A stretch of 64,000 nt of DNA from Azolla caroliniana (GCA_043228905.1 JBHGNT010000008.1:13640001-13704000); one strand, 5' to 3'. Counted from the first letter of the stretch, positions 24,100 through 37,768 are shown. A program made the numbers and translations. Notes: generated by a model from the letters alone, not told the origin.

Positions 24100-26060
24100 G
24101 CTTTCATTAAAGGTGTTGCGCACTTGCATATTCCATTCTTCAACAATTGCTCAAGCCATCTTAGAGCGATATCTTCTTCTGATAATATGTCTCTTTCATC
24201 TTCATACCTTGCCCTTGCTAGCATGTCTATCATGACATTGTTTTTTGCATGAGATGTGAAAAACCTCTGAATTCATCGACTTTATATACATTATCGTGAA
24301 GGATTCCGGCGACAGCAAGAAAATATACTGGTGAAAGCAAACAAGGGTGTGCACGTGCACACACAAAAAGGGAATTTGTATATAAACATTAGGTAAAGTA
24401 AAGGGTTGTTAGAAATGTACAAGTGGGAATATTTAATATGCACTTAATGTCCCTCAAAAAGAGGGGAATACCGGGTAGGTGATGGGAGGAGATTGGGGGG
24501 AAGATCTCTAAAGAAAATGGTTGTCATAACAACCAGATGTGATGTGGACCCTCCCTTTCCTTGAAGTTATAAAAGGGAGGGAAGGTGTCTGTTGTGGGGA
24601 TCGTTTTTATTAGGAGGTCGAAGCGCAGTCGAATTTGGAGTAAAGGGTTCTGGTTCTAATTAGATCTATTACGTTCTATCGGCCTCTGCTCGCGTAGTGA
24701 GCCCGTGTGCTCCCGACTAGAGGCTCACAACCATGTAACTATCAAGCATCGTGCTCTGATTAGCCGGCCCATGTCCATTCTTTTACTCACATCTTTTGTC
24801 GTTAATTGATTAATTGTTGTTTTCTGTATCCGGGTGTACCTAGCTTGTGACCTTGGTCTTGGTCGTTCTTATTCCGGTATCTTCTTTATTTGCTAGTAAT
24901 CGACTATGTGTTGTCTATTGGGTGATCATTGTCTTGTTCTTTCCTTTCTTCTGTCTTGCTTGTGTCTTCTTTTCTCCTCTCGTGCTTGTCGAGGTGATTC
25001 TAAGAGCCTGTGTGCTCTCCAACCGGAAGCCGAATATAGGGCCGAATCGGCCATAGTGATCATTCAGTCGGCTCAGGTTGTCAAGCTCCTTGGTTCAAGA
25101 CCTCGGTGGTCCTGTTGAGTTGACCGCAAGTCGTAGATTTCCGCGACAACTTGATCCACCTTAGCATGGCTAGGTCTAGTGTTGTGCACCTTGATATATG
25201 CCAAGGATTTGAAGACAATGCATTTCAATCACAACCACTATGCCAATTAGATTAGTTTTTTACGCCTTCACCAAAAACATTATGCCCCATAAATCTCCCT
25301 TAACTTGGGCATATCCCCTTTGTCAATCGTTAAGTGCCTTTGCCCCGAACCTTCTAGTGTAATCAACCATTGTCTTCACCCTCTTGATTGATGATCCAAC
25401 CAAAATCCCAGTTGGACTCGTATTGACCTTCCTTAATGTTAGTGACATTAGTAGTATCTCCTTTAGCCTCTTCATTGCCTTTTGTGTGCTCGTCTTCCCA
25501 TTTCTTAAAACTCACCCCTTCTTGAGTGGCCCATACAAGGGCTAAGCCATGTGAGCCTAATTGTGAATCCAAATGTGGTAGAAAGCACATGGACCTAGGA
25601 ATCTTCTCACTTCCATCTACAACTTTTATTCTTCCTTTATCTCCTTGATGGCATTTACCTTTGCTGATGAAGGCTTCCATCCGCATGCCCTGCAGAAATA
25701 GCCCCATCATGAGAATCTCTGATAATTTGAGAAGTTTGACTTCTCACTTGAGAATGTCATGTGTGCATCTTCCGGTCCTTGCAAGATCTTGTCACAATTG
25801 GCAATGTGATTAGCCATGAAGTGCCTACACCCATGTCCATCCAAGGTCTCATCTTTATCCACTTTGGAGCACCCTTTTATTGGAATGTCATCTCGGAAAG
25901 GTATGGTAATGTTAGGGATGCAATTTTTAGTAAAATGTTTCATATCATTCACCATGTGGGCGACAGAGTTCGTGTCACTTTGCGGTTGAGTACACATCCC
26001 ACTACACCGATTGGGATTCACATCCTCGTAATGTATCATGTTTTGGTGTTAGGGCCACTT
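24100..26060 (-). pseudogene. Gypsy RT-RNase H remnant, same lineage as the 8831 element
   Basis: Minus-strand frames read FRDDIPIKGC, EVRRFLGPCAFYHIWI, GWIINQEG, AMLRWI | YIKSMN...IDMLARARY, matching the ORF at 8831. Confidence 0.75.
24292..25148. mobile_element. Solo LTR (857 bp)
   Basis: Termini tatcgtga...cgcgaca. Removing it plus 4 bp (acat/actt) restores the frame MLRWI-x-YIKS of the interrupted RNase H. Confidence 0.7.
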
Positions 26061-26094
26061 TAGAGATATTATTAATACACTTATGCCTCTTCAT

Positions 26095-26480
26095 CAAATA
26101 TGATCTATGAGACCAAGAATATTACATTTCATGTAATAGATGTGAACATGAGTAGCGACTCTCAATGTCAAGAACTTTACCAATGAATGTTACCATCGAG
26201 AGTGGGCATTGTGATCAAGAACTTTCCAGATAACTTTACCAATGAATGTTACAATTCGTGCAAAGATTGGGTTTATCGAAGATATCTAGAAAGCATAATT
26301 GAATGTAATCAAAGGTAGAGCATTGAAACAAATGTGATACTCAGACTCCCGAACTTGTATGGTTTCGCCACTTAGTGAAGGATATGGTGTTGTAGTTACG
26401 TGGAACATATGTAGTTAATGTGTGCAACATGAGCCTCCATATTTTTCCCATGTCATGATACATTGGCAAAGAAGGTGTCC
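26095..26480 (-). mobile_element. 3' fragment of the LINE family also present at 40850-47100
   Basis: Shares tgatctatgagaccaa...gagtagcgactctc, gatactcagactcccgaacttg and gagcctccatatttttcccatgtcatgatac with the 41180-41830 unit. Confidence 0.7.
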
Positions 26481-26908
26481 CATTTGAATTGACTCATATG
26501 ATGAAGCTAGGGTTTGGTATGGTAACTGCGCAAAAAACGCTACAGTGGGGCCACTCATGTAGATCATGCCATTGAAAAACCGTGCGAACGAGGTTTCATA
26601 TACCTCATGGATGTATGATTTCCCGGATCAAGGGCATGTGAGCCATGGAGAGGTCGATCGTTCAAAAGCAGAATGATATCGATACTTGTGGTGGTGATTG
26701 GATTGATAGAGCTTTTGGTTGTGGCGGCATCCAATTGTCCGCTACGAGATTGTGGTCGGGTGGCCGACCGCCCGGTCCCGGTCGGCCGAAAGTGGCATGT
26801 AAAAGTGGCTTCTGTTCTTTTCTTCCACAAATCTAGCTTCCTCCTCCTTTCTACTCTCTCTCTCTCTCTCTCTGCTTCTCTCTCCAAGGAGAAAGACAAG
26901 GTAAATCA

Positions 26909-29900
26909 ATGGGAGCTACGTGGTTGCCCTTCACACCATCGCTCTCTTCCCTTCTTCTTCTTCTTCCTCATCCTCTTCCTCCTCCTCCTTCATACTATGT
27001 GTCTCGACCCATCAGACCACGAGCAATCTATGGGCCAGCTAATTCAGTACAGAAGCAACAGCGTCTTGGGTTTGATTCCCGAGTCGGAGCTTCTTCTTCA
27101 ACTTCATCATCTTCAAGCTTTCCAGGTACACTTTTCAACATTTCTTTACACCGCAATATTCTGAAAGATTAGTTTCCTCGTCCCTTGCAACTGACTAGAA
27201 ACTCAAATTTGGACAAAGATTATTGTCCTCCCTCCATCTCTTGGAATCTGCGGAACCAAGAAAGAGTTTGTGTAAGATGATAGGCTTTCACATATTCCTG
27301 GTAATGTGCGGATTCAACTGCCTGGCACTTATTTATATCGAACACAAACATTTGCCTACTTCACTTCATGGTGCCAAGATCGATTGGTCGTAAACTATGT
27401 ATATGGTGAGACAATGGATGGATCGAAAAACAAATGCAATCGCCATCTTATGGGTGATGCATACACATATATACATGCATGCATACATACTAAAAATTAA
27501 ACTACTCATAATGCAACACAAATTTTAATCTATGAGTTCCGAAAACACACCACCTGATGCAATTACAAGTGGTTGATTCTAAACATCGATAGCATTAATA
27601 CAGACTTTACAGGGATATCAGAGGTGGACTTCATTGTTATTGGGAGTGGGATAGGAGGTTTGTGTTGCGGTAGCTTGCTAGCGAGGTACGGAGAAGGGGA
27701 TGTTGTGGTGCTCGAGAGCCATGACTCACCAGGAGGAGCCGCGCATTCTTTTGAGATCAAGGGCTATCAGTTTGACTCAGGGCCCTCTCTTTTCTCTGGC
27801 CTCTCATCCCGTGGATTACAAGCAAACCCAATGGCACAGGTTTGATTTGCTTTTAGCTGGGAAAAATAATTAAACTTTCAGGCATCTATCAGTATATCCT
27901 CAAGTATTCAAAAACTACTTAATTTAGGGGTATTCCTGTAAACACACACACACCCCCAGAAGTCAAGGGTATCTTGGTGTTTTTCCGTTCAGTTCTTTCC
28001 CCTCTATTTATGGTATTGCTCTTACGGATAGGTTTAAAATACCAAGTAGTATTTCCTGTCATATTGTGTAAGCAACATGAATCTCTTATGTAGGTTCTGG
28101 ATGCATTGGATGAGAAGGTTGAATGTGCACGATATGACTCATGGATGGTTCATTTACCTGAAGGAGAGTTCCTGTCACGCATTGGACCAACTGATTTTTT
28201 CAAGGCATTTCTTCTGTTTCCCAATTGAACTGCTCTTTTCGTCAGCAACTACAGAATGTGTGTTTTTGTTTGTGTCACCCATGTCATGTCTTAGCATAGT
28301 AAAGTAAAGCATCATTGAAAAACAGGACCTGAAGAAATATGGAGGTCCGAATGCAGTTGAAGAATGGCGCAAGCTTTTGGTATGCTAAACTATCACACCT
28401 TTTTATGATATTATTTTTTTACTGTTCGTATTTATATTTATGCTCTTATGGTGTTTCAGGATGGCATTCTTCCTCTTTCGGCAGCAGCAATGGCACTTCC
28501 ACCAGCATCTATTAGAGGGGATTTGGGGGTTTTGCGTACAGCTGGATTGCGTTATGCACCCACGATCATGCAATCTTTATTGCAAATGGGCCCACAAAAT
28601 GCACTTAGAGCAACCAAGCTCTTGCAGCCATTTTCTGTAATTATGGATTTGCTAGACTTAAAGGACCCGTTCATACGAAATTGGTTGGATCTTCTTTGCT
28701 TTCTTCTTTCTGGACTTAAAGCTGATGGGACATTGTCAGCTGAAATTGTAGGTATATATATGCCTGGCCACATTGGCTTGAGTCCTTACATGGATATAGT
28801 CTTTATGATGTTGTGAACTCATTTGAGCATAGAAACAGAACAGAAAACGGTTTATTTCAAGCTCTTGAATTACTTTGATACATTGCTGAAAGCAGATATA
28901 CATGTTTGCTGAATGGTATAAGCCCGGATGTGTCCTCGAGTACCCAATTGGTGGTGTTGGGGAAATAGTAAATGCCCTTGTACGGGGTCTTCACAAATAT
29001 GGAGGGAAGCTGATGTTGAAATCTCATGTGAAGGAAATTATCATAGATGGTGGATGTGCCATCGGAGTCAAACTTACAGATGGCACAGTAAGAAATTATT
29101 ACTGATTTTATTATGATGTAGGTGTTCACATTGGCAATGATGAAGTTAAGCTTAATAACTTAACGCTTTTGACATATTGTGCCGAAAATTGAACCTCCCA
29201 AGTATGATGATGTTTTCACTTAGACATTCTCTGGTATGAGCGAGGGTTCACTAATAGATACATAACAATAGCATTTGAGATCAAGAAAATGCGAACTATA
29301 ATGTGTTATAGATAGATTACATAGCTAAACTGTGCATTTCATTCATGTAAAATCTACAGCCAAGGTCATTTATTTTTGTAAATAGGCATGAATGCATGTG
29401 ATATAGAAGGTTTAAACATAGTATCCCCATCCCTTACCCGGCAGGTCATTCTTTATGTAGCATTCATTTCAATTTTCATCCATCTACTAGTGTATTTGCA
29501 CTGATTGCATTACTCTCTCTGTCAGTAGGTCATTAAAGCTCGGAAGGCAGTTATAAGTAATGCTTCAATATGGGACACAATGAATATGCTTCCAAAAGAT
29601 GATATCCCTGCAGAGTATCGTAATAGATCAGTTAGCACTCCGCAATGTGAATCCTTTATGCATCTCCATCTTGGTATAGACAGAAAGGTAACTCTGTCTA
29701 TCCTATCTATAATGTTTCTTCTCGAAAGATTTTCTATCATGTTTGTTGAAGTTAATAAATATTATTGAATGCAGGACTTGCCAGAAGATCTAGAAATCCA
29801 TCATATAGTTGTTAATGATTGGAAAATTGGAGTGGATGCACCACAAAATGTTGTGCTTATTTCGATACCTAGTGTTCTAGACCCCAACTTGGCACCAAAA

Positions 29901-30809
29901 GGTAAGCATGTGCTGCATGCATACACTCCTGGGACTGAGCCCTATAACCTATGGGAGGGTCTTGATCGACGAAGTAAAGCATATAAGGATCTCAAGGAAG
30001 AACGGTCACAGGTAGGCCTTCAATTAAATTATTATATGATACAACATGATCTCTCATAATGATTATAATATCCCTCTCATGTATTTTTGTGTGAAGGCGT
30101 TGTGAGAAATTGTTATATAATACTGGTAGCACTTCTCAAATAGTAATTCATCTGGCTGTATTTTCGAAAGATAAACTACTGTCCTTTTTTACGAGGTTTA
30201 TGTAGTGATATTTCTAAAAATACGAGTAACAATGGTTATATTTAAGAAGATTCGTAAGTTTTATGCACAGATGCTGGGGAATAACTAATTATGGAAGTCA
30301 TTAAATGATACCTCTCTTCTCAAATAGTAACTAGTTATTGTATTTTTTAAAGATAGTACTTTACAACTAAGGGTATGTAGTAAAACAAAATTTAACATCA
30401 ACAGATAGGTTTGATATTATTCCTAATACAAGGAGTGTATTGGAAAATTTCCCTAATTTTTGTTACACTAATATGTGAAATCTTTGGGATGAAGGTTATG
30501 TGGGAAGCTCTGAAGCGGGCTCTTGGACCAAAATTTTCTCGTGATAAATGTGAAGTAGAGTTGGTGGGTACTCCATTGACACATGGGAGATTTCTTCGTA
30601 GGGATCGTGGCACATATGGCCCGGCTATCCGTGCCGGAAAGGGAACATTTCCTAATTCGTCAACTCCTATACCCAGACTTTTCTGTTGTGGAGATTCTAC
30701 ATTTCCGGGAATAGGCATACCAGCTGTTGCTGCAAGTGGACTCATGGCTGCAAATTCCCTTGTATCTGTAAGGAAACATACCGAACTCCTTGATGTGATT
30801 GGTGTATGA
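26909..30809 (+). CDS. Carotenoid isomerase-like (CrtI/CRTISO superfamily) FAD oxidoreductase, At1g57770-like, probable plastid transit peptide
   Basis: Exons 26909-27125, 27613-27839, 28094-28204, 28326-28379, 28460-28747, 28896-29087, 29529-29687, 29775-30011 and 30495-30809 join in frame. Motifs VIGSGIGGLCC, PGGAAHSF, FDSGPSLF, GTPLTHGRFLRR, CGDSTFPGIGIPAVAASG. Confidence 0.92.
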
Positions 30810-31130
30810 AGAAACAGTGCTTCCTTATCATTTGAATCAACGAGAGATTCATATGCAGATGATTGTTTTTCAACTTCATATTGTTTAGGCATGCCCCAAA
30901 AAGGGCAGTGCCATTTATCTAACTATTTTCCAAAAGGAAAAATAGGATTATCTACTTTTCCTTTTGTTTTTTTGTATTTGTAAGAGAACACTTGAAAAGA
31001 TTATTCTTTTGAATAAAAGATTGACACACATTCTTATTTTTTAAATTGACAAGGGATATGTGCATATAGATCAATTTCTAGTATCAACTGCTATCTTTGT
31101 TAGGCTGAGCCAAAGAGTGGTTCTATTAGG

Positions 31131-31462
31131 TATGGATTGTTTTCTCTAGTGTCAACTAACCTCCAAGACTTTGAATAGGGCCTTTACCTCAACTCCTATC
31201 TTCTCGATTCTAATCTAACTAAAACTTCATCGTGGAATGAATGCACCCAACTTTTCCCTGAGTGCCAAACTATCCCAAGTAAATTATTGGTTTCTCTTAG
31301 TAGTATGGATTGTTTTCTCTTAGTGTCAACTAACCTCCGAGACTTTGAATAGGGCCTTTACCTCAACTCCTATCTTCTCGATTCTAATCTAACTAAAACC
31401 TTCATCGTGGAATGAATGCATCCAACTTTTCCCTAAGTGCCAAACTATCCCAAGTAAATGAT
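31131..31462. repeat. Tandem duplication, 2 x ~175 bp
   Basis: tatggattgtttt...caaactatcccaagtaaat starts at ~31131 and again at ~31304. Confidence 0.85.
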
Positions 31463-32664
31463 TGTCATCTCCTACACATTTTTTGTGTTCTTCTCCCAAA
31501 AGTTTAAACCTTTAGAGATCAATTACATATTGTATGATAAGGAGTTGGTTGTCATCGTCTCCATGTTAGAGGTATGGAAACCCTACTTGGTAGGATCCCA
31601 ACATCCTATGAAAGTGATCACGACCATAAAAACCTAGCATGCTTCGTTGAGGGCTAGGTTGATGGCTTAACTTCTTCATTGTTGAAACGGTATTCCAATT
31701 AGGTTCATAGCATGTTAAAACATATGCCCTCTCATTGTGTAAAGTTTGAGCTTTGTCATGGGGGAAGAGGTCTATAGTTAGCAAACTCAATATATTTTGA
31801 AGCTTGACCAAGTCCTTTGGGATGAATCAACAATCAAATATATCATCATAGAAACCGTCTTTGATTGGTTCGCTAGGAGTTTCAAGAAATTTGTTGAAAC
31901 CAACTGAAGAACTGAAGCGTAGTGATCTAGACTAGTTAACATTTGGAGATAAGCTCCTCCTTCATAACCTACTCTACAGTTCGAACAATTCCTCTCAAGT
32001 CAAGATCTTGTTGGAGTGCCATGATAACACGATAGATGGGCGCCTTGATGTTGTGAAAGCCATCTGGGTAGCAATGTAAAACTATCAATGACCACAAAAA
32101 TTGGATCTAGTCAAAGAATTTGTCGGGCTTATATATGCTTACCTAGGTACATGTTCAGTTTGATTTCTTGACCTTTAAATCAAACCAAACCATTTATGCA
32201 TAGCATAAACCATGCGAAACCAAATTGAATTGTTTAGTTAAAACTTTAAATCAAATTGAATTGTCGAAAAGTATGATACATGTGGGAGACAAGTTGAGGT
32301 CCTAAATTATATCATATGGAAGTTGAAAAGATGCTTCCAAAATGGGAGACAAAATTTGGATCTAAATTATATCATATGGAATTCCATGTAGATGCACCAC
32401 ATTAGTACACAAAAAAAATTTCATCTGCACAAGAGATGGTTTTAGACTTGGAAATGAACCAATCCACTAACAAAGGTTTCTGATGAAGTTCACCAAAATC
32501 AAAGGCCAAGGTTGGATAGGAATCAATAATAATGGTAAAAGATCATTTCCATGACATGGCATGTGCAAAAGGAGACAAGAAACCAAACCACAATATCGCA
32601 AAAATGTGTGCATGTGTGTGTAAGGTTAGGCAAGACCACTTGGACTTGAACTACATTACACATG

Positions 32665-32831
32665 TGTTACCCGTAGGAGTTGTACGGGGAGGTATAAGGG
32701 TGGAACACTATAAAGTGGTTGTGTATGTGTATGAGTGTGTGAGTATGAATATGTGTATGAACACATGCACAACAACCACTTTATAGTGTTCCACCCTTAT
32801 ACCTCCCCCGTACAACTCCTATGGGGTAACA
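32665..32831. repeat. Fold-back inverted repeat made of LTR ends
   Basis: Near-perfect ~57-bp arms tgttacccgtaggagttgtacgggg...aagtggttg, homologous to the reverse complement of ~23775-23830. Confidence 0.9.
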
Positions 32832-32909
32832 GTGTGAAAAACCGAGTTGCGAGCTAGGTGAATATTGCCCATGTTATCAAAGTATACGAGGATTGGATCT
32901 TTGATGGAG

Positions 32910-35771
32910 ATGGCAAATGATATATTCCGAGATCTCTTGGATGTGTGTCTGATCATCTACTTGGATGATCTACTGGTTTATTCAAAGACTGAAGAAGAGC
33001 ATGATTCTCACGTACTGTTAGTACTAAAACGACTTCGAGAACATGGTCTTTATGCAAAGCTAGAAAAATGTAGTTTCGGGTGCAACCAGGTGGAATTTCT
33101 CGGCTACGTCATTTCATCAAAAGGCATCTCCATGGACCCAACTAAGGTCAAGACGGTGGTAGAATGGCAGACTCCGCGCTCGGTGCGGGATGTGCAATGC
33201 TTTTTAGGCTTTGCCAATTTTTACCGGAAGTTTATACAAGATTACTCAAAGCTCGTTCTGCCTCTCACACAGCTTACCAGGAAGGGACAATCGTTCGTTT
33301 GGTCTGAAGAAGCAGATATGGCTTTCGAGAGTCTTAAAAAGGCTTTTACATCAGCTCCAATTCTAGCTCATGTCGATCCAGAAAAACCATTCATTATCGA
33401 AGCTGACGCATCGGATTTCGCATTGGGGAGCATTTTGTCACAACGGGGTAATGATGAGAAGCTACATCCTGTGGCTTTTCACTCACGCAAGTTTGACGCA
33501 GCCGAAATCAACTACGAAATTCATGATAAGGAGCTATTGGCAATAGTGGACTCGTTTATGCAATGGAGGCAATTTTTAGAGGGATCCTCTCATCAAGTCA
33601 CCGTATTCAGTGACCATAAAAACCTTGCCTACTTTCAGGATGCTCGTGTGTTAAATCGACGTCAACCTCGGTGGGCCCACTTCCTCACGCGTTTCGACTT
33701 CAAAATTATATATCGTCCGGGGAAGCACCAAGGGAAGGCAGATGCATTATCACGGCGTTCATATCTAACACCGCATCCCGGCGAGCCAGCTTTCGATAAT
33801 CAAAATCAAGTAATCTTGGGACCGACATGACTGCAAGCAACACAGGTTTTTGGCATGCCCATGGATTCCCATGTTATCAATATCATACGTGCGGACCTGA
33901 AGACAGATGCTTTCGCCCAAGCTATACTAGCACAAATTGATCCCTCTCGAGCGTCGTGTTCACAGTCGCAACCACCAAGTACGGACTATCGGCAATTCAA
34001 ATACCATGATGGATTACTCTTCTTTAAAGAACTTTTGTATGCTCCTAATGGTTCTTGCCGCCTTCGAGTAGTACGAAACTGTCATGACACATATACAACT
34101 GGGTTTAGGGTTCTGGTGGCCCCGTATGCGACAATTTGTCGAAGCTTTTGTTCGGACTTGTGATACATGCTGCAGAGCGAAAATGCCAAGGAATCATCCA
34201 TATGGTTTATTAGAACCATTACCAATTCCAAACAAGCCGTGGCAATCCATTGCTCTAGACTTCATCACAGATCTTCCAGTCTCTAAGGGGTTCAATGCGA
34301 TTCTAACAGTGGTAGATCGATATACGAAGATGGCTCATTTCTTGCCATGTACTAAGGAAATCTCCAGTGAAGACACCGCCGAAATTGTCATGCGTGAAGT
34401 ATGTCGGCATCATGGACTTCCCGATAGTATCGTCAGCAACCGTGGGCCCCAGTTCGTGTCAAAATTCTGGAAGCACCTTTTTTAAAATGCTCAAGGTCAC
34501 TTGTAACCTCTCCTCCGACTACCACCCACAAACCGACGGCCAAGCCGAACGAACAAATCAAACGTTGGAGTAGTATTTGTGGTGCTTTCTCAGCTATCAT
34601 CAGGATAACTGGGCAGAAATTCTCCACTTCGCCGAATTTGCCTATAATAACTCTATCCACGCATCGACTAAAGTTACGCCCTTTTATGCTTATACGGGAT
34701 GTCACCCTCGGTGGAGTGTACTTGAAACCCTAGAGGTGTCCACAAATCCTTGCGCAGAGGATCGTTTGGAGCAGTTATGCAAGATATAAGCAGATTTATC
34801 TACACATCTCCAGCAAGCTCAACAAACACACAAGGTCTACGTGGATCGTCATCGACTTCCATCTAGTTTAAACATTGGAGATCGGGTGTGGCTGCTACGA
34901 CGACACATCAAGACTACTCGCCCATGTGAGAAGTTGGATTATCGGCGATTAGGTCCTTTTCGTATTATCGGAAAGATTAATGATGTCGCTTTTCGCCTCG
35001 ATCTACCTCCTCAACTTCGGATACATCCAGTGTTTCATAGTTCTCTCCTTGAACCCTATCACGAGAGCACCATCCCAGGACGTATTATACAACCTCCACC
35101 CCCGATCAAGCTTGAAGATGGACCAGAGTACGAGGTTTCCGCCATCCTTGATTCCAAGATTGTTCGCAACAAGCTCTACTATCTAGTCGATTGGCTAGGC
35201 TATAGTCCTAGCGAACGTACTTGGGAACCGATCGAGAATGTGACCAATGCTCGTGCGCTTCTTGAAGACTTCCATCGCCAATATCCACACAAACCGGGTC
35301 CTCCATCCAAAACAACTCGTGACACTCGTCGTTTTAAAGGGGGGATAGTGTCATGATATGGCAAGACTCGAACCCATGACCTTAGGTTATATGGGTCGAG
35401 CTCTTGACCATTATATCATCTATTGTAATACATAGAATATTATTTTCATTTAGATTATAGGAAATTAAAGTATATTCCAGATTTCTCTAGAACATTCTAG
35501 AAGCTTTAAGATTACTCCTGAGAACACTATAAAAGAGGGCACTAGGCATTATGTTGAACCAAATTGGTTCTACGCCAGTCTTTAGCCTCATAGCCCTTTT
35601 GTACTTACTCTTCTTATAATATATAATCTGTTATCATCCTCTCTCTCTCTCTCTCTCTCTCCTCTTCTCTCTTCCTCTCTCGGGAGTCTTACGCAAGCCC
35701 GTCCTCTTAGTACTAATAGTACCTCCCTTCTCTAGTACTAATCCGCTCTCTGTTTAGTACTATTCCTGACA
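32910..35771 (+). mobile_element. 5'-truncated chromovirus, a diverged subfamily of 512-6237 (RT end, RNase H, IN, chromodomain, 3' LTR 35349-35771)
   Basis: ORFs 32865, 34084 and 34841. PPT aaagggggga tag, then LTR tgtcatgatatggcaagactcg...cctgaca. Confidence 0.93.
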
Positions 35772-36585
35772 CAACCCCATCGGATTGGCTATCTTCATAT
35801 TCAAGCATTTTCGCCTTCCCTTTGTTTGATTTCGGACTTGACTGCAATGTGCTTTGATCGCTCTGAGGCTCTTGGGTCCACTCAACCAGGTTGAGATTGA
35901 ACTTTCCTCTAGTGTAAGCCTCAGTCAATCCTCCTCCTCTAAGTCTATGTCGAGATCGGTTACGATAGGTTTTGATGGAGTTAAGTCGACTATGTACCAG
36001 GATGTTGATTCATTGAGTATGACATCCCTACTCACTCGTACCTTCTTTTGTTCGAGCAAGTTCCCCATGAGTATGCACTTCTCCGATTTCAGATTGAGCT
36101 TTTGTTGCTTTTCATCGGGAATGTTTACATATGCAATGTAGGTGAGATAGGCCTAGCTTTCTTCCATAGTACTTCTCATGAGGGGTTACGTCATGCACGT
36201 TGGAGTTTGTGCACCGATTCATTAGGTACACGACAATGTTTGCCGCTTCTACCCAGTACGACCTTGGCATGTTTGTCTTGTTCATCATTGAGCTAGCCAC
36301 CTCTAGTATGTGCTGATTCTTCTGTTCGGCTACACCATTTTGTTGGAAACGAAGACCGTTAATATGCGGAAACAAGAAACATCACCCTTTATGAAGCACA
36401 ACAAGTTGACATGTAACTATGCGAGATGTACAAAGAACGTGATCAATAGACAAAGTGTGTGTGTGAGAGAGAGAAGAGTAGGCACACAAGAGCAACTATA
36501 TTATTCAAAGAATAGAAGTTACAATAGATGGAGGCAACAACAACAACAACACAAAACTACGTTACAAAGTTCAGTTTAAATACAC
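35772..36585 (-). mobile_element. Copia integrase fragment plus probable LTR fragment
   Basis: QQNGVAEQKNQHILE...YWVEAA on the minus strand. 36555-36582 shares aactacgttacaaagt-cagttta with the LTR near 8804-8830. Confidence 0.65.
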
Positions 36586-36587
36586 AA

Positions 36588-37675
36588 AACTTGAGGGGGA
36601 GAACCGGAACAGGAACCGGGAGAACAGGTAAAGGCACAACTGGAGAGAAGGAGAACGAAACCGAAATAGGGGGAGACAAGGAGAAAAAAGGAGTCGAGTC
36701 GACCGAAGAAGTCGTAACAAGCGGCTGCAATGGTGACAGAGTCAAGAAGGATAGAGCCGACCGAAAGATGAAGGTCAAGACCTGGACATGGTCTGATGTG
36801 GTGGAGGGCCTACAGGATGAAGATGATTTGGAGACAACCAATTCGGTCAAGAGTGGGAACGAATCGGAGGCAGCCGATTCGGTTGAACAATTCAATTTAG
36901 AAGAGCCAAATCAATTGAAGGCCAAACGGATGAGAAGGCGACAGAAGTCGACACTGACACAGAGGAGTGGACGCATCGCGAAGTGCCGAAATCACAACAA
37001 CAAAGGAGCTCAGATGAGCCTTATGAGCAGACATGCCAACTGAGAAGGTTGAGGTGCGCAGAACCAAATGGGTCATGGAAAGCGGGATCAAATAGGTCAA
37101 GGAGCGTGAGCGAGGCGTGAAGACACCAAGAGAAGTCGGAAGCAAGGACCGGCAACGACAGACACCACAATCCGACCTCAAGTTGAGCTTGAAGGGGAGT
37201 GTTGAGTGGACAAGCTTAACATGATCCGGATCGGCTGAATAAGCCAGAGCTAGTTTGTAATCTGGAATGAAGAACTGGATCAGTGTCCGGAACGGAGAGC
37301 CGGATCAGAGGGAACTGGATCAATGTCCAGATTTGTGCATAACCAGTAGGCCATTAGAGGCCTGCGGTCCTAGCCTATTAAACATGCATATTTTTGGGGG
37401 TTTGTGTCATGGCTCAATACGAGCATTGAAGTACTTGTTAGTACTTCTGTCAGTCCTTTTAAGGACTTGTATAAAAGTGCACACAGAGCACATTGTATGT
37501 ACATAGTGTTTTTATAGAGTATTATTTTGAATAGAGTTTTCTTTGTTTTCTGCTCTCTCAATCTCTCCTGCATACTCTCTGTGTTACAAGTTTTCCATTA
37601 AACCTTCATTTATTTTTTTGTTGCTATTTGGTAGAGCCTGTTGTGTCTACAAGCTTCCACACGTAACTCTTCACA
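36588..37675 (+). mobile_element. Copia 3' end: charged extension ORF, PPT and 3' LTR 37200-37675
   Basis: Homologous to 22840-23030. PPT gaaggggag 37191-37199. LTR tgttgag...tcaca of the 16868 family. Confidence 0.8.
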
Positions 37676-37768
37676 CCTTGTAATTCCCTCCATTGGCGAT
37701 TCTCACACAACACCCAAGAAGATACATATTACATACACACTACGACTCTGCCTATCACAACTGCATAA

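Noticed and set aside
26564-27164. ORFs 26564-26899 and 26673-27164
   Set aside because: Low-complexity CT/GA-rich 5' UTR and alternate frames of the CRTISO-like first exon.
31460-32090. Coding-like minus-strand remnant
   Set aside because: No recognisable motif and many stops.
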